Below are positions 1 through 8,738 of a stretch of 64,000 nt of DNA, piece by piece. Each line of letters begins with the position of its first letter. The stretch's first letter is position 1. The position numbers were made by a program, and so were the translations under genes. The DNA lies in NCBI GenBank assembly GCA_051009975.1, contig JBPCWA010000510.1:3158-67157 (forward strand). The letters are read 5' to 3'. The notes under the pieces were generated by a model. The model did not search any database. It worked only from the letters and a program-made list of their open reading frames with translations, and had not been told where the DNA came from. This DNA is from Hyphomicrobiaceae bacterium (GTDB lineage Bacteria > Pseudomonadota > Alphaproteobacteria > Rhizobiales > Hyphomicrobiaceae).

Positions 1-270
1 CTGACGACCATTGGCGGATTATCACCTCTTGTGTTCGAAACAAGTCTTCAGGCTCAATTCCTCATTCCACTCGCCATTACAATTGTGTTTGGTCTTGCTA
101 CCGCAACGGTCATCGTTCTGATCTTAGTTCCTTGTTTGGTTGGCGTTGGAAGCGATCTTGCTGCCATTGTGAGGGCCATCGTCGCACTTTACCGACCGAT
201 CAAAGGGGAGCCAAAACGAAATGCTCCCCCGCAACCTTCAGTCGCCGGTCGAGCTCATCCCGCTGAATGA
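1..270 (+). CDS. RND (AcrB-type) efflux permease, C-terminal fragment; the 5' end lies outside the window
   Basis: Frame 1 is open from base 1. The tail [36 protein letters not shown] looks like the last TM helix region of RND inner-membrane pumps. Confidence 0.7.
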   Translation: MTTIGGLSPLVFETSLQAQFLIPLAITIVFGLATATVIVLILVPCLVGVGSDLAAIVRAIVALYRPIKGEPKRNAPPQPSVAGRAHPAE

Positions 271-382
271 AGAGCAGATCCGACTACTTGCAAGAAATTG
301 TTCGCTTTTGACGGATCAGAAATGGACACCACTTGCCAAGTAGATAATTATTCGGAGTGGGAAATGGCTGGATTTTGGAGCT

Positions 383-1387
383 GTGAGAACCACAAGAACG
401 GACATCGAGCCAGCGTTGCGTTTGAGACGGGTCGACGACATCTGCTCTATTGGACTGATGCTCGTTCCGAATTTTTCGCTGATTGCTTTCACTTCGCTTG
501 TCGAACCACTTCGGCTGGCTAATCGATGCGCGGGGCGACCTCTGTTTAGCTGGCGGATTTTGTCGCGTGACGGGGAGCCGGTACGGGCGTCGAACGGTGT
601 ATCTGTCTCGGTTGACGGCACATTTCGCTCCGCGGAGCGTTTGTCCGCGGCAATTGTTTGTTCTGGCGAGGAAGTTCCCCACATCGATCACCGTGATCTG
701 AACTCCGTTCTAAGGCGATTGGCGTCGTTTGGGTGCTCACTTGGGGCCGTTTGCACCGGGACGTATGTACTCGCGAAGGCCGGCCTGCTCAATGGCTATC
801 GCGCCACTATTCATTGGGAGGACTATCCTAGTCTTGTCTCGGATTTTCCGGATCTTCAGATCTCGAAGGAATTGTTCGAGATAGACCGAAATCGATTCAC
901 CTGCGCCGGAGGCACTGCGGCGATCGATATGATGCTCGCAATTGTCTCTCAAGAGCAAGGTTCAGCGCTCGCCGCTCAAGTAACGGATGTTCTCGTGCAT
1001 CACCGAATGCGAGAAGGCGGCGAACGTCAGCGAATGGATTTGAGAAGTCGTCTTGGGGTGGCCCATCCGAAACTTCTCTCCGTTGTTCAACGCATGGAAG
1101 AGACCGTCGACAGCCCTGTCAGTTGTTCGGAGCTGGCGCGGTCCGAGGGAATTTCGACCAGACAGCTAGAACGACTGTTCTCAAAGTATATCGGTCACTC
1201 CCCAACGCGGCATTATCTGACCGTCAGGCTTGAGCGTGCGCGGTTTCTGCTCGTTCAAACCAGCATGCCTATCTTGTCCGTCGCCATGGCCTGCGGATTT
1301 GTATCCGCTTCGCACTTCTCCAAGAGTTATCACGAGCACTTTCAGCGCACACCGAGCGCCGAGCGGCGAGGTACTCAAAGCAAGTAG
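383..1387 (+). CDS. GlxA-family transcriptional regulator (DJ-1/PfpI-like domain fused to an AraC-type HTH)
   Basis: N-terminus IGLMLVPNFSLIAFTSLVEPLRLAN is the typical GlxA start. The C-terminus has an AraC HTH (ELARSEGISTRQLERLFSKYIGHSPTRHYL ... ACGFVSASHFSKSYHEHF). GTG start. Confidence 0.85.
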   Translation: MRTTRTDIEPALRLRRVDDICSIGLMLVPNFSLIAFTSLVEPLRLANRCAGRPLFSWRILSRDGEPVRASNGVSVSVDGTFRSAERLSAAIVCSGEEVPHIDHRDLNSVLRRLASFGCSLGAVCTGTYVLAKAGLLNGYRATIHWEDYPSLVSDFPDLQISKELFEIDRNRFTCAGGTAAIDMMLAIVSQEQGSALAAQVTDVLVHHRMREGGERQRMDLRSRLGVAHPKLLSVVQRMEETVDSPVSCSELARSEGISTRQLERLFSKYIGHSPTRHYLTVRLERARFLLVQTSMPILSVAMACGFVSASHFSKSYHEHFQRTPSAERRGTQSK

Positions 1388-1471
1388 ACTACTTTCCTGC
1401 CAAGTATTCGTCTTGCCCGGTCGGTCAACTTCCGTTAGGTGAACACTCGCTAGCTCCACGAGGCCGATGAA

Positions 1472-2713
1472 ATGAGACAAGCTGCCCGCTCGAACGCGCG
1501 AATCGCCAAGAAAGTTGTCCTTGCTTACTCTGGCGGACTTGACACATCAATAATTCTAAAGTGGTTGCAAGAGGCCTATGGAGCTGAGGTGGTCACATTC
1601 ACTGCTGATTTAGGGCAGGGCGAAGAATTGGCACCCGCGCGTCGGAAAGCCGAACTACTTGGAATCAAACCCGAAAACATATTCGTTGAAGATCTTCGCG
1701 AAGAATTCGTGCGCGACTACGTTTTTCCGATGTTTCGCGCGAACGCGGTTTACGAAGGCATCTATTTGCTCGGAACGTCAATTGCTCGGCCGTTGATCGC
1801 AAAACGGCAAATTGATATCGCGCGGAGAACTCACGCGGACGCAGTTTGCCACGGTGCCACTGGCAAGGGCAATGATCAGGTTCGATTCGAACTTGGATAC
1901 TATGCTCTGGAACCAGGGATCAAAGTCATTGCGCCTTGGCGGGAGTGGGAGTTTACAGGGCGAGAGGCACTATTGGAATTCGCCCGCAACCATCAAATCC
2001 CAATTGCAAAGGACAACCAAGGAGACGCTCCATTTTCCGTTGATGCGAATTTGCTGCATTCGTCTTCGGAAGGCAAGGTGCTGGAAGATCCTAACGAGTC
2101 ACCACCGTCCATCGTATTTCAAAGAACGATCAGCCCCGAGGATGCACCGGATCATGCAACAACAATTACTGTCGGCTTTGATCGAGGAGATCCTGTTTCC
2201 GTTGATGGCGAGGCGATGAGCCCAGCTGATCTCCTTGCGAAACTAAATGATCTTGGACGGGATAACGGGATTGGACGGATCGATTTGGTTGAGAATCGTT
2301 TCGTAGGAATGAAGTCCCGCGGAATTTATGAAACGCCGGGCGGCACGATATTATTGCAGGCACATCGTGCCATAGAATCCCTCACGCTCGATCGCGGAGC
2401 GTCCCACCTAAAAGACGAGTTAATGCCTCGCTACGCTGAGTTGATTTACAATGGACTTTGGTTCAGCCCAGAGCGCGAAATGTTGCAAGCGCTGATCGAC
2501 AAGAGCCAGGAAAGTGTGAACGGGACTGTTCGCTTGAAGCTCTACAAAGGAAATGTCATCGTCGAGGGTAGGGAGAGCCCGCAGTCGCTTTATTCCGCAA
2601 ATCTTGTGACGTTTGAGGATGATCATGGGGCCTACAACCAGCAAGATGCTGAAGGCTTTATCAAACTCAATGCGTTGCGCCTTCGCATGCTTGAGCGGCG
2701 AAATCGTCGCTAA
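1472..2713 (+). CDS. argG: argininosuccinate synthase
   Basis: [20 protein letters not shown] (N-type ATP-PPase motif), [12 protein letters not shown], and a full-length 413-aa match to type I ArgG. Confidence 0.97.
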   Translation: MRQAARSNARIAKKVVLAYSGGLDTSIILKWLQEAYGAEVVTFTADLGQGEELAPARRKAELLGIKPENIFVEDLREEFVRDYVFPMFRANAVYEGIYLLGTSIARPLIAKRQIDIARRTHADAVCHGATGKGNDQVRFELGYYALEPGIKVIAPWREWEFTGREALLEFARNHQIPIAKDNQGDAPFSVDANLLHSSSEGKVLEDPNESPPSIVFQRTISPEDAPDHATTITVGFDRGDPVSVDGEAMSPADLLAKLNDLGRDNGIGRIDLVENRFVGMKSRGIYETPGGTILLQAHRAIESLTLDRGASHLKDELMPRYAELIYNGLWFSPEREMLQALIDKSQESVNGTVRLKLYKGNVIVEGRESPQSLYSANLVTFEDDHGAYNQQDAEGFIKLNALRLRMLERRNRR

Positions 2714-2714
2714 C

Positions 2715-3263
2715 ATGAAAATTCGAGCGGCAAACCATCAAGATGCGAAAGGTGTGGCCGCCATCTATGGGCCATTGGTGCGTGAGACTGCGATCTCGTT
2801 TGAGGCCGAAATACCCACACTGGACGCTTTTGAAGCGCGCATCGCTGAAACGCAGCACTTCTATCCTTGGTTGGTGGCGGATATTGGCGGGGCAGTGGCC
2901 GGTTACGCCTATGCAGGCGCGCATCGGGCGCGAGCGGCTTATAGATGGTCATGCGAGGTTAGCGTTTATGTCGACGCTGGATCTAGACGTGGGGGCGTTG
3001 CAAGCGCTCTTTATAGTGAGCTTCTGTTCTTGCTTGCACGCCAAAACATTCGCATTGCCTATGCGGGGATAACATTGCCCAATCCAGCCAGCGTGGCACT
3101 TCACGAGCATTTAGGTTTTCGTGCGATAGGGATTTATGAGAACGTAGGTTACAAGAACGGACGTTGGCACGATGTCGGATGGTGGGGCAAGCAACTTGCG
3201 GATCCGGCGAAACCGGTTGTTGAGCCGATCCCTCTGCCAGAGTTGACCCTCTGCCAAAGTTGA
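2715..3263 (+). CDS. GNAT N-acetyltransferase (phosphinothricin / methionine sulfoximine acetyltransferase-like)
   Basis: Starts at MKIRAANHQDAKGVAAIYGP, one nt after the argG stop. Acetyl-CoA motif region RRGGVASALYSELL. The upstream part of the longer 2613 ORF overlaps argG and is not used. Confidence 0.85.
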   Translation: MKIRAANHQDAKGVAAIYGPLVRETAISFEAEIPTLDAFEARIAETQHFYPWLVADIGGAVAGYAYAGAHRARAAYRWSCEVSVYVDAGSRRGGVASALYSELLFLLARQNIRIAYAGITLPNPASVALHEHLGFRAIGIYENVGYKNGRWHDVGWWGKQLADPAKPVVEPIPLPELTLCQS

Positions 3264-3329
3264 TCCACTGCCAGAGGACCCACTGCTAGAGGACCCGCTG
3301 CCAGAGTGACCCACTGCCAGAGTTGACGC
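3234..3329. repeat. Six imperfect 15-17 bp tandem repeats (CTGCCAGAGttGACCCa) straddling the GNAT stop codon
   Basis: Units read directly: ctgccagagttgaccct / ctgccaaagttgatcca / ctgccagaggaccca / ctgctagaggacccg / ctgccagagtgaccca / ctgccagagttgacgc. Confidence 0.85.
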
Positions 3330-3362
3330 CGCAGGATCGATAGCAGGTTTGTCAAGTCCGGA

Positions 3363-4187
3363 TCAATCTCTGTTCCGGTTGCTCATTACTTCATTCCCTT
3401 TGACAGGATCCGCTGCCTCTTCGAGCCCGAAGGATGAGTTGCCAAAACCCATCAGTCGCTGTCCGGAGTCAACCACGAGAGTATGACCAGTGACATGCCG
3501 TGCGCCAATGAGATAGCGCACCGCGTCGACGATATCGGCTGCTCCCAGGCCTTGTCTCATGGGAGTCAATTCTTGTCGGTGTAAGAACTCTGCTTCTGTT
3601 TGTTCGCTTGGCAGGATGAGCCCTGGGGCGATAGCATTGACGGTAACCCCTTTTCTTGCGAGGTCGAATGCCGCCAGCCTCGTTGCGCCGTCTAATCCGA
3701 ATTTGCTACAGAAATAGGTAAATCGCTCCGGGGCTGCTGACGTCATTTGCGTGTCGAGCATGTTGATGATGGCCGCGTCAGGTGGGCTCGGGTTCTGTCT
3801 CGCAAATTCCTGCATGAGAAAAACTGGTGCTGCCAAGTTGACATTGACGAGCTCTTGCCAACTTTCCGGCGTGAGGGTCTCGATGCTGTCCGGGGCAAAC
3901 GAGGACGCGGAGTTAATCAATACGTTCACGGGCCCGAGTGCGGCGCGGGCGTCGAGGACGAGCTGCCCAGCACTTTCTACCTGACTGAGATCACGTTTCA
4001 AAAGGGTTCCGTCACCACCCCGCTCTTCAATTATCGCCAAAGTTTCTTCGGCGCCAGCGACGGAACCATTGTAGTGTGCGCCAATGCGGTAACCGGAATC
4101 TGCCAGACCAATGGCAATTGCGCGTCCGACCCGTCGTCCGGCGCCGGTCACGAGCGCGACGCGCGAAAGTTTGTGGTTGGCGTTCAT
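3363..4187 (-). CDS. SDR-family pteridine reductase, FolM/PTR1-like
   Basis: The Rossmann motif reads VTGAGRRVG, i.e. TGxxxRxG (the FolM/PTR1 signature) rather than the classical TGxxxGxG. It is the last gene of the folB-folK-DHPS operon, and its start overlaps the upstream stop by 4 nt. Confidence 0.8.
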   Translation of the reverse strand: MNANHKLSRVALVTGAGRRVGRAIAIGLADSGYRIGAHYNGSVAGAEETLAIIEERGGDGTLLKRDLSQVESAGQLVLDARAALGPVNVLINSASSFAPDSIETLTPESWQELVNVNLAAPVFLMQEFARQNPSPPDAAIINMLDTQMTSAAPERFTYFCSKFGLDGATRLAAFDLARKGVTVNAIAPGLILPSEQTEAEFLHRQELTPMRQGLGAADIVDAVRYLIGARHVTGHTLVVDSGQRLMGFGNSSFGLEEAADPVKGNEVMSNRNRD

Positions 4188-5089
4188 GTCGCCTTGTTAA
4201 CTCGTTGTGACATCTTCAGCATTTCGATCACTGGTTGGACCCGCGCACCTTCGTGACTTCGCAATAGGTTGGCCTTTGCGAACAGTGCCAGCACTGCGGT
4301 CGCAGTTTCAGCGCAACGAACCTCTTCGCGGAAAAGGTATACCGATCCCGCTGCTTGAACGCACGTGGGCCAGCCAAGAACACGAAACCGAAATGATTGG
4401 AGTACGCTCTCAGTTTGGTATCGCACACGCTCGGGTCCATCCGGTAGATTGAGTGCGAAACCGAATCCAGGATCAATCCAGATTCGCTCGACTCCGGCAC
4501 TGGTCGCCATTCCCACACGTTCCTTGAAGAATTCCAGCTGCTCGGCGATGATAGTGTTGGCCGACGGCACGTCGTCTGATGCTCGAGCATTCTCACCAGG
4601 TGTATAGCAGAGAATGACGCCGGCTCGGTGCTTTGCGATCATCTCGTAAAAACCGATGTCGTCTATTCGGCCAGTAAGATTTATGACACCTGCGCCGGCG
4701 TCCAAGGCTGCTTCGCCAACCTCGGGGTGGTAGGTTTCCGCAGATACCAGGATGCCGTCCCTGCTCAGCGCCTCGATGACGGGGACCAGCGATGTGATCT
4801 GTCCGCGAACGCCGACGATGTCAGCCGAATCCCCCGTTGATTCGGCACCTACATCGATCATCGCACAACCTTCGAGCGTCAAACGTCGACCTCGGTACGC
4901 CGCAGCATCGACAGTGTGCGCGATGCTCTCGCGGTAGGTCGAGTCGCGCGAAAGGTTTATGACCCCGAGCTGATACGGCTTGTCCTCGAAAGTTTTTCCG
5001 AACTTCGGAAAATCGAATGTATTGACGGGGTGCTGCAGTGCGTCTTGATACTTTGTCCAAAGTGGCAACAGTTCGTCTGGTGTGATCAT
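4184..5089 (-). CDS. dihydropteroate synthase-like pterin-binding protein (divergent)
   Basis: Pterin-binding TIM-barrel features: GVINLSRDSTYRES, MIDVGAEST, VSAETYHPEV, INLTG, IWIDPGFGF. Operon context with folK and folB. Confidence 0.75.
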   Translation of the reverse strand: MITPDELLPLWTKYQDALQHPVNTFDFPKFGKTFEDKPYQLGVINLSRDSTYRESIAHTVDAAAYRGRRLTLEGCAMIDVGAESTGDSADIVGVRGQITSLVPVIEALSRDGILVSAETYHPEVGEAALDAGAGVINLTGRIDDIGFYEMIAKHRAGVILCYTPGENARASDDVPSANTIIAEQLEFFKERVGMATSAGVERIWIDPGFGFALNLPDGPERVRYQTESVLQSFRFRVLGWPTCVQAAGSVYLFREEVRCAETATAVLALFAKANLLRSHEGARVQPVIEMLKMSQRVNKAT

Positions 5090-5101
5090 CCCGACTCCTC
5101 G

Positions 5102-5614
5102 CTAGCTCAGGTCTGCCCATTCGTCCGCGATACGCGTCAGATCGCCCACCTCAACTGGCAATGCGTTAAGCAGTTCCCGCATGGGACGGTGGAGAGTTGG
5201 GTGTATCATGTCCGGGGCAACATCACATATGGGCGCCAAAACAAACCGGCGCTGGTGCAGTCTCGGATGCGGTAACTGCAGGTCGTCAGATGCAGACACC
5301 ACGTCGCCGAAAACGAGTAGGTCTAAGTCCAGTGTTCGCGGCCCCCAACGCACATCGCGAGTGCGTTGTCTACTTCCCTCGATCTGATGGAGTGAGCGCA
5401 ACAAGTTCCCTGGTCTGGACTGTGATTCGGCGAGAATCGCAGCGTTGAAGTAGGGGCTCTGCTCGGATGGGCCTCCTATGGGCGAAGTTTCGTACAGTGC
5501 AGAAACCGCAACTATCGAGATGTCGTCCAAATCGCCAATTTGCGTAACGGCAGCGCGAAGGTGTGCGAGTCGGTCTCCGACATTAGATCCTAGCGCGATC
5601 AAGCAGGTCGTCAT
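5102..5614 (-). CDS. folK: 2-amino-4-hydroxy-6-hydroxymethyldihydropteridine diphosphokinase (HPPK)
   Basis: CLIALGSNVGDR, YETSPIGGP, RWGPRTLDLDLL, LPHPRLHQRRFVL are classic HPPK motifs. Confidence 0.92.
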   Translation of the reverse strand: MTTCLIALGSNVGDRLAHLRAAVTQIGDLDDISIVAVSALYETSPIGGPSEQSPYFNAAILAESQSRPGNLLRSLHQIEGSRQRTRDVRWGPRTLDLDLLVFGDVVSASDDLQLPHPRLHQRRFVLAPICDVAPDMIHPTLHRPMRELLNALPVEVGDLTRIADEWADLS

Positions 5615-6186
5615 GCCTGATTGCCCTTTGACCTGAGTTGCCGGGCGCCTTTGTTGTTGCTTTTGCTACTACGACGATAGATCACAACGCCAACTCCTTC
5701 GACCGCATCAAAAACCTCTGTCTTTTGCACCGAGACGCGGACGGCTGAAGCCAACTCGTTCTGCAGTATGAATGTTGCCACATCCTCGGCCCAGGTCTCG
5801 ACAAGGTCAATGTGCTCGTCGGATGCTGCTCGCGTTTGAATGTATTCTACGGCGTCTGCGTACGACACGTACTTACCTGTCTGACGAACAATTTCTGTGT
5901 AGGCGGGGACGGTTTCGATTTCTATGTCGAAACGCATGCCTTGGCGCTGTGTTCGTTCGAAGTCATGTACGCCTATAAATGCTGCGACTTGCAGGCCTCG
6001 AATGACGACCGCGTCTTGCTTCTGCGCGCAAAAGCAAGACTTGACTAAGACGGATGCATCGGATGGGCTCGGCATAAGTAGGGCAACTCTGTTAAACAAA
6101 CCATTGACTGTTTTGGAGTGATGGATGGGACAAGCGTTGCGCCGGCTCGAAAGCAATCCCCGCTCAATGAAACGGACGTAATTCAT
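5611..6186 (-). CDS. folB: dihydroneopterin aldolase; the true start may be the internal Met at 6075
   Basis: IRGLQVAAFIGVHDFERTQRQGMRFDIEIE and the later LVETWAEDVATFIL match the FolB fold. There is a 4-nt overlap with the folK start. The N-terminal ~37 aa of the long ORF look non-native. Confidence 0.85.
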   Translation of the reverse strand: MNYVRFIERGLLSSRRNACPIHHSKTVNGLFNRVALLMPSPSDASVLVKSCFCAQKQDAVVIRGLQVAAFIGVHDFERTQRQGMRFDIEIETVPAYTEIVRQTGKYVSYADAVEYIQTRAASDEHIDLVETWAEDVATFILQNELASAVRVSVQKTEVFDAVEGVGVVIYRRSSKSNNKGARQLRSKGNQA

Positions 6187-6418
6187 CGTTGGATCATGGC
6201 CAATCAGTCAACGCCAACAAGTCATAACAGGTCAGTTATGCTGAATTAGTTATCGCAGGTCTGTTGTCGCAATTCAATTAGCGCAAGCCAGTCACAATCT
6301 CGCGTTTCATTCGAATGAGGCCCCCCGGTCCGGCCGATAGGCAGCAAATCGAATTTTTGTGGAACCAGATCAAATAAACCGCGACGGGGCTAGACCGGAT
6401 TGTCGACTTAAACCGTTT

Positions 6419-6454
6419 CCAAAAAAGTAGAACTGGCACGAGGGAAAGTGCCAG
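6419..6454 (-). terminator. Rho-independent terminator candidate for the small minus-strand operon 7170->6518
   Basis: Perfect 7-bp stem CTGGCAC/GTGCCAG (6433-6439 / 6448-6454) with an 8-nt loop. On the minus strand it is followed by TTCTACTTTTTT. Confidence 0.5.
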
Positions 6455-6517
6455 CCCTGTTCTCGGCTCTAATTTCGATGCCGGCTCTGGGTGCGGGAAG
6501 TGACGGGTTCGGAACTG

Positions 6518-6730
6518 TCAGGCGGCGAGTTTCGTTGATTGATCAGAGAGTGCGTCGGCGATTGCTTCGACTGCGTGCCTCCAATCTTGGGCTGCATCTG
6601 CGTGTGCTAGTCCGAAAGCGTCTAGAGCGTCCGCAGGCGAACCGCCGTCTCGAAAAATGCGTGCACAAGTTTGGCGAGCGATGTCTTGTGCATGCTGCCA
6701 TTGCTGCGGATTAATTTCACTCCGTCTCAT
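6518..6730 (-). CDS. hypothetical small protein (about 70 aa from MRRSEINPQQW...); start uncertain, the ORF is open up to 6952
   Basis: The C-terminal half looks helical and protein-like (QQWQHAQDIARQTCARIFRDGGSPADALDAFGLAHADAAQDWRHAVEAIADAL). Weak GAGG-like SD before Met 6730, and a terminator downstream. No family recognised. Confidence 0.4.
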   Translation of the reverse strand: MRRSEINPQQWQHAQDIARQTCARIFRDGGSPADALDAFGLAHADAAQDWRHAVEAIADALSDQSTKLAA

Positions 6731-6948
6731 CGGATGGGCCTCGCTGTCCAGTGTTACGCTAATGTTTGTTTTGTGCATTATATCAAGCGGCAGATGCGAT
6801 CCGTGCTTCGGTTTTGCGACGCGATACCGGTTCGGCCAAAACTTCCAAGCATGACCTGTAATGTCAGTGGTCGGCCGCATCTGCCAACTCGATTGACGGG
6901 CCCGGGCACGTGGTGCTCCGTCGGTTTGTCTGAGGCGTGGCCGCCGTG

Positions 6949-7170
6949 TCAACGCTGCACTCCCCAGTTGGTCTCGGCGACAACTGTGTCGCCGTGTTTT
7001 TCGTTAAGCCACCACACTGTGCGGTCAGCGGCAGATGTTGGTGCCGTCAGTTGAACGCGATCAATGACGCGGTTGGTTGCCGAGCCAAGTGACTGCCAAT
7101 CTTCGGTAGGTTGGGCCGAAGCGAATGGTACAGCCGAAGCAAACGTGTGGTTGGGATTGGTTTTGTACAT
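6949..7170 (-). CDS. hypothetical 73-aa protein
   Basis: ATG at 7170 is preceded by a GAGG about 10 nt upstream. Its stop overlaps the upstream end of the next ORF by 4 nt. No family recognised. Confidence 0.3.
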   Translation of the reverse strand: MYKTNPNHTFASAVPFASAQPTEDWQSLGSATNRVIDRVQLTAPTSAADRTVWWLNEKHGDTVVAETNWGVQR

Positions 7171-7322
7171 TGGTAGAACGCCTCACAGACAGGAACGTAC
7201 GCTGTTACGTACACTTCTACTTTAAGTTTAGGGACACACGACGTTTTGCGTTAGGGCTACGCTGACGTGATGTGAGCACCTGAGTTCGAAGGGCAAGCAT
7301 TGAAAAATGCTCAGTGCAGAGT

Positions 7323-7550
7323 AACGCGAGACTGAGATACGCGGGATTTGGGAACGCGAAACGGAGGTACGCAGGCTTGGAAAACGCGATACTGAGATAC
7401 GCAGTACTGTGAAACGCGAAACTGAGATACGCGGCACCGTGGAACGCGAAACAGAGATACGCGGCACTGTGAAACGTGAGCCTAAGATACGCTGTACGTG
7501 GAGACGCAAAACTGGAGTACGCAAGGCTAACTCAACGCGATACGAGCGAC
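7323..7550. repeat. Iteron-like array: seven 20-bp cores AACGCGAnACTGAGATACGC spaced exactly 30 bp apart, plus a degenerate eighth
   Basis: Cores start at 7323, 7353, 7383, 7413, 7443, 7473 and 7503. The 10-bp spacers are variable while the cores are conserved. The eighth partial copy is aacgcgatacgagcgac at 7534. Confidence 0.9.
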
Positions 7551-8204
7551 ACTTCAAACTAGCGGTTGGCAAGCCGCTGACGCATACGCAATACCGTGGA
7601 ACTCGAAGCGGCTTGCCTTAGATTATTGAACGTGCCAACGAGCACGTTTCTCGGGGACGCATGCCCCAACGCAGACGCAACAGAACAAAACGCAACGCTA
7701 CTTCTACAACGCAGTACGAAACCATTCTGCAGATCGAAGCGGTCACTCGACCGCTGAGCTGGCGATTGGCCAGTAACGCAAACTCGTTGGTCCAGTTCGG
7801 GTTGCCCGAGCTGTTCCTTGGCGGAACGTTTGAGCAAGGCTCGCGGAGTCATACGCAACAGTTTACTCTCCCTTAACTCGCACTTGCCAACGTGAGCCGA
7901 TACGCAGGTTCACACTGTGTCTCGCCGATGAGGGAGAATAAATCGTTGCTTCGTGGCCACATCGGGGCAGCTATCTGGCGCGGCGATGGAATTTCAATTG
8001 ACAAGTGTTCAGAATAACATGCTTTTTTGTGTTGTTTCGATATGGTTCTTGAAAAAAGAATTTAATATCAGAGAGTTAGGTTTTGTAAGTCAGTTGGCGG
8101 CAGATGTTGGGTTTTCCCCAGCAGAATGCGGGTGGGCTAGGTTTTGCGGCCGCGAGGCTTGTTGAGTGCATCGTCCGTCGATCTCTTGCGTATCGGTAGG
8201 CGTG

Positions 8205-8738
8205 CTAGGGTGCGTTGCTGGCGCTCGCTGCTGCTGCGGCTTTCGCGCATCCCATGGCGAGAGCAATGCACGCGATCGCGTTCCAGCCCGCAAACGAAAG
8301 CCCGATAAATCGCCACGTTGCTTCGCCGCAGCTCGCAAAAGAGGTCGATGATAGTTCCTCGACCAGGCTTGTTCCGCTCGAGCTCAATGGTTGGATGGCC
8401 TGTCCGTCGCACGTTGCAGGTCCTTGCCAAAATCCCCATTCCACGCCGGCATGGTAGGTGGCCAGCCCGGCATTCAAAAGAAAGCCCGTAGCGATGAGTG
8501 CAAAGAGAATGGCCGCGGGGCGGTCGCGCTCTAGGCCTACAAGAATGAGCCCGCCAAATAATGCTGGAATGGCAATGTAGTAGGCGTATCGCTGTTGCAG
8601 GCACAGGGGGCATGGTTGGTACCCTCCGAAGTGCTCGAAACCCAGCGCTGTCAATATGACAGCGGTCGCGGCGAATAGTGAGAACGAGCCCCATATGTAG
8701 GCAGGTTGGTCGGATATCGCTGATTTAGATTGCGCCAT
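8205..8738 (-). CDS. dsbB: disulfide bond formation protein B family (DsbB/BdbC-like)
   Basis: Four-TM profile with the first-loop CPLCLQQRYAYY motif and a second Cys pair (ATCDG ... SCGE) in the large loop. Confidence 0.85.
   Translation of the reverse strand: MAQSKSAISDQPAYIWGSFSLFAATAVILTALGFEHFGGYQPCPLCLQQRYAYYIAIPALFGGLILVGLERDRPAAILFALIATGFLLNAGLATYHAGVEWGFWQGPATCDGQAIQPLSSSGTSLVEELSSTSFASCGEATWRFIGLSFAGWNAIACIALAMGCAKAAAAASASNAP

Noticed and set aside
7323-7550. Possible CRISPR array (regularly spaced direct repeats)
   Set aside because: The unit is only 30 bp in total, with 10-bp variable segments, which is far too short for spacers. The repeats are not palindromic in the CRISPR manner, and no cas genes or leader lie nearby.
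7228-7572. 114-aa minus-strand ORF (and the 7409-7621 plus-strand ORF) encoding decapeptide repeats such as PRISVSRSTV / RETEIRGTVE across the 30-bp array
   Set aside because: Variation is concentrated in a contiguous 10-bp spacer while a contiguous 20-bp core is conserved. Coding repeats would show third-position wobble instead. There is no SD or sensible start, and repeat ORFs appear in several frames on both strands. I treat the array as a DNA-level element.
8137-8694. 185-aa alternative-frame ORF overlapping dsbB on the same strand
   Set aside because: The 8205-8738 frame carries the DsbB CxxC motif and TM helices. The alternative frame is Arg-rich and featureless.
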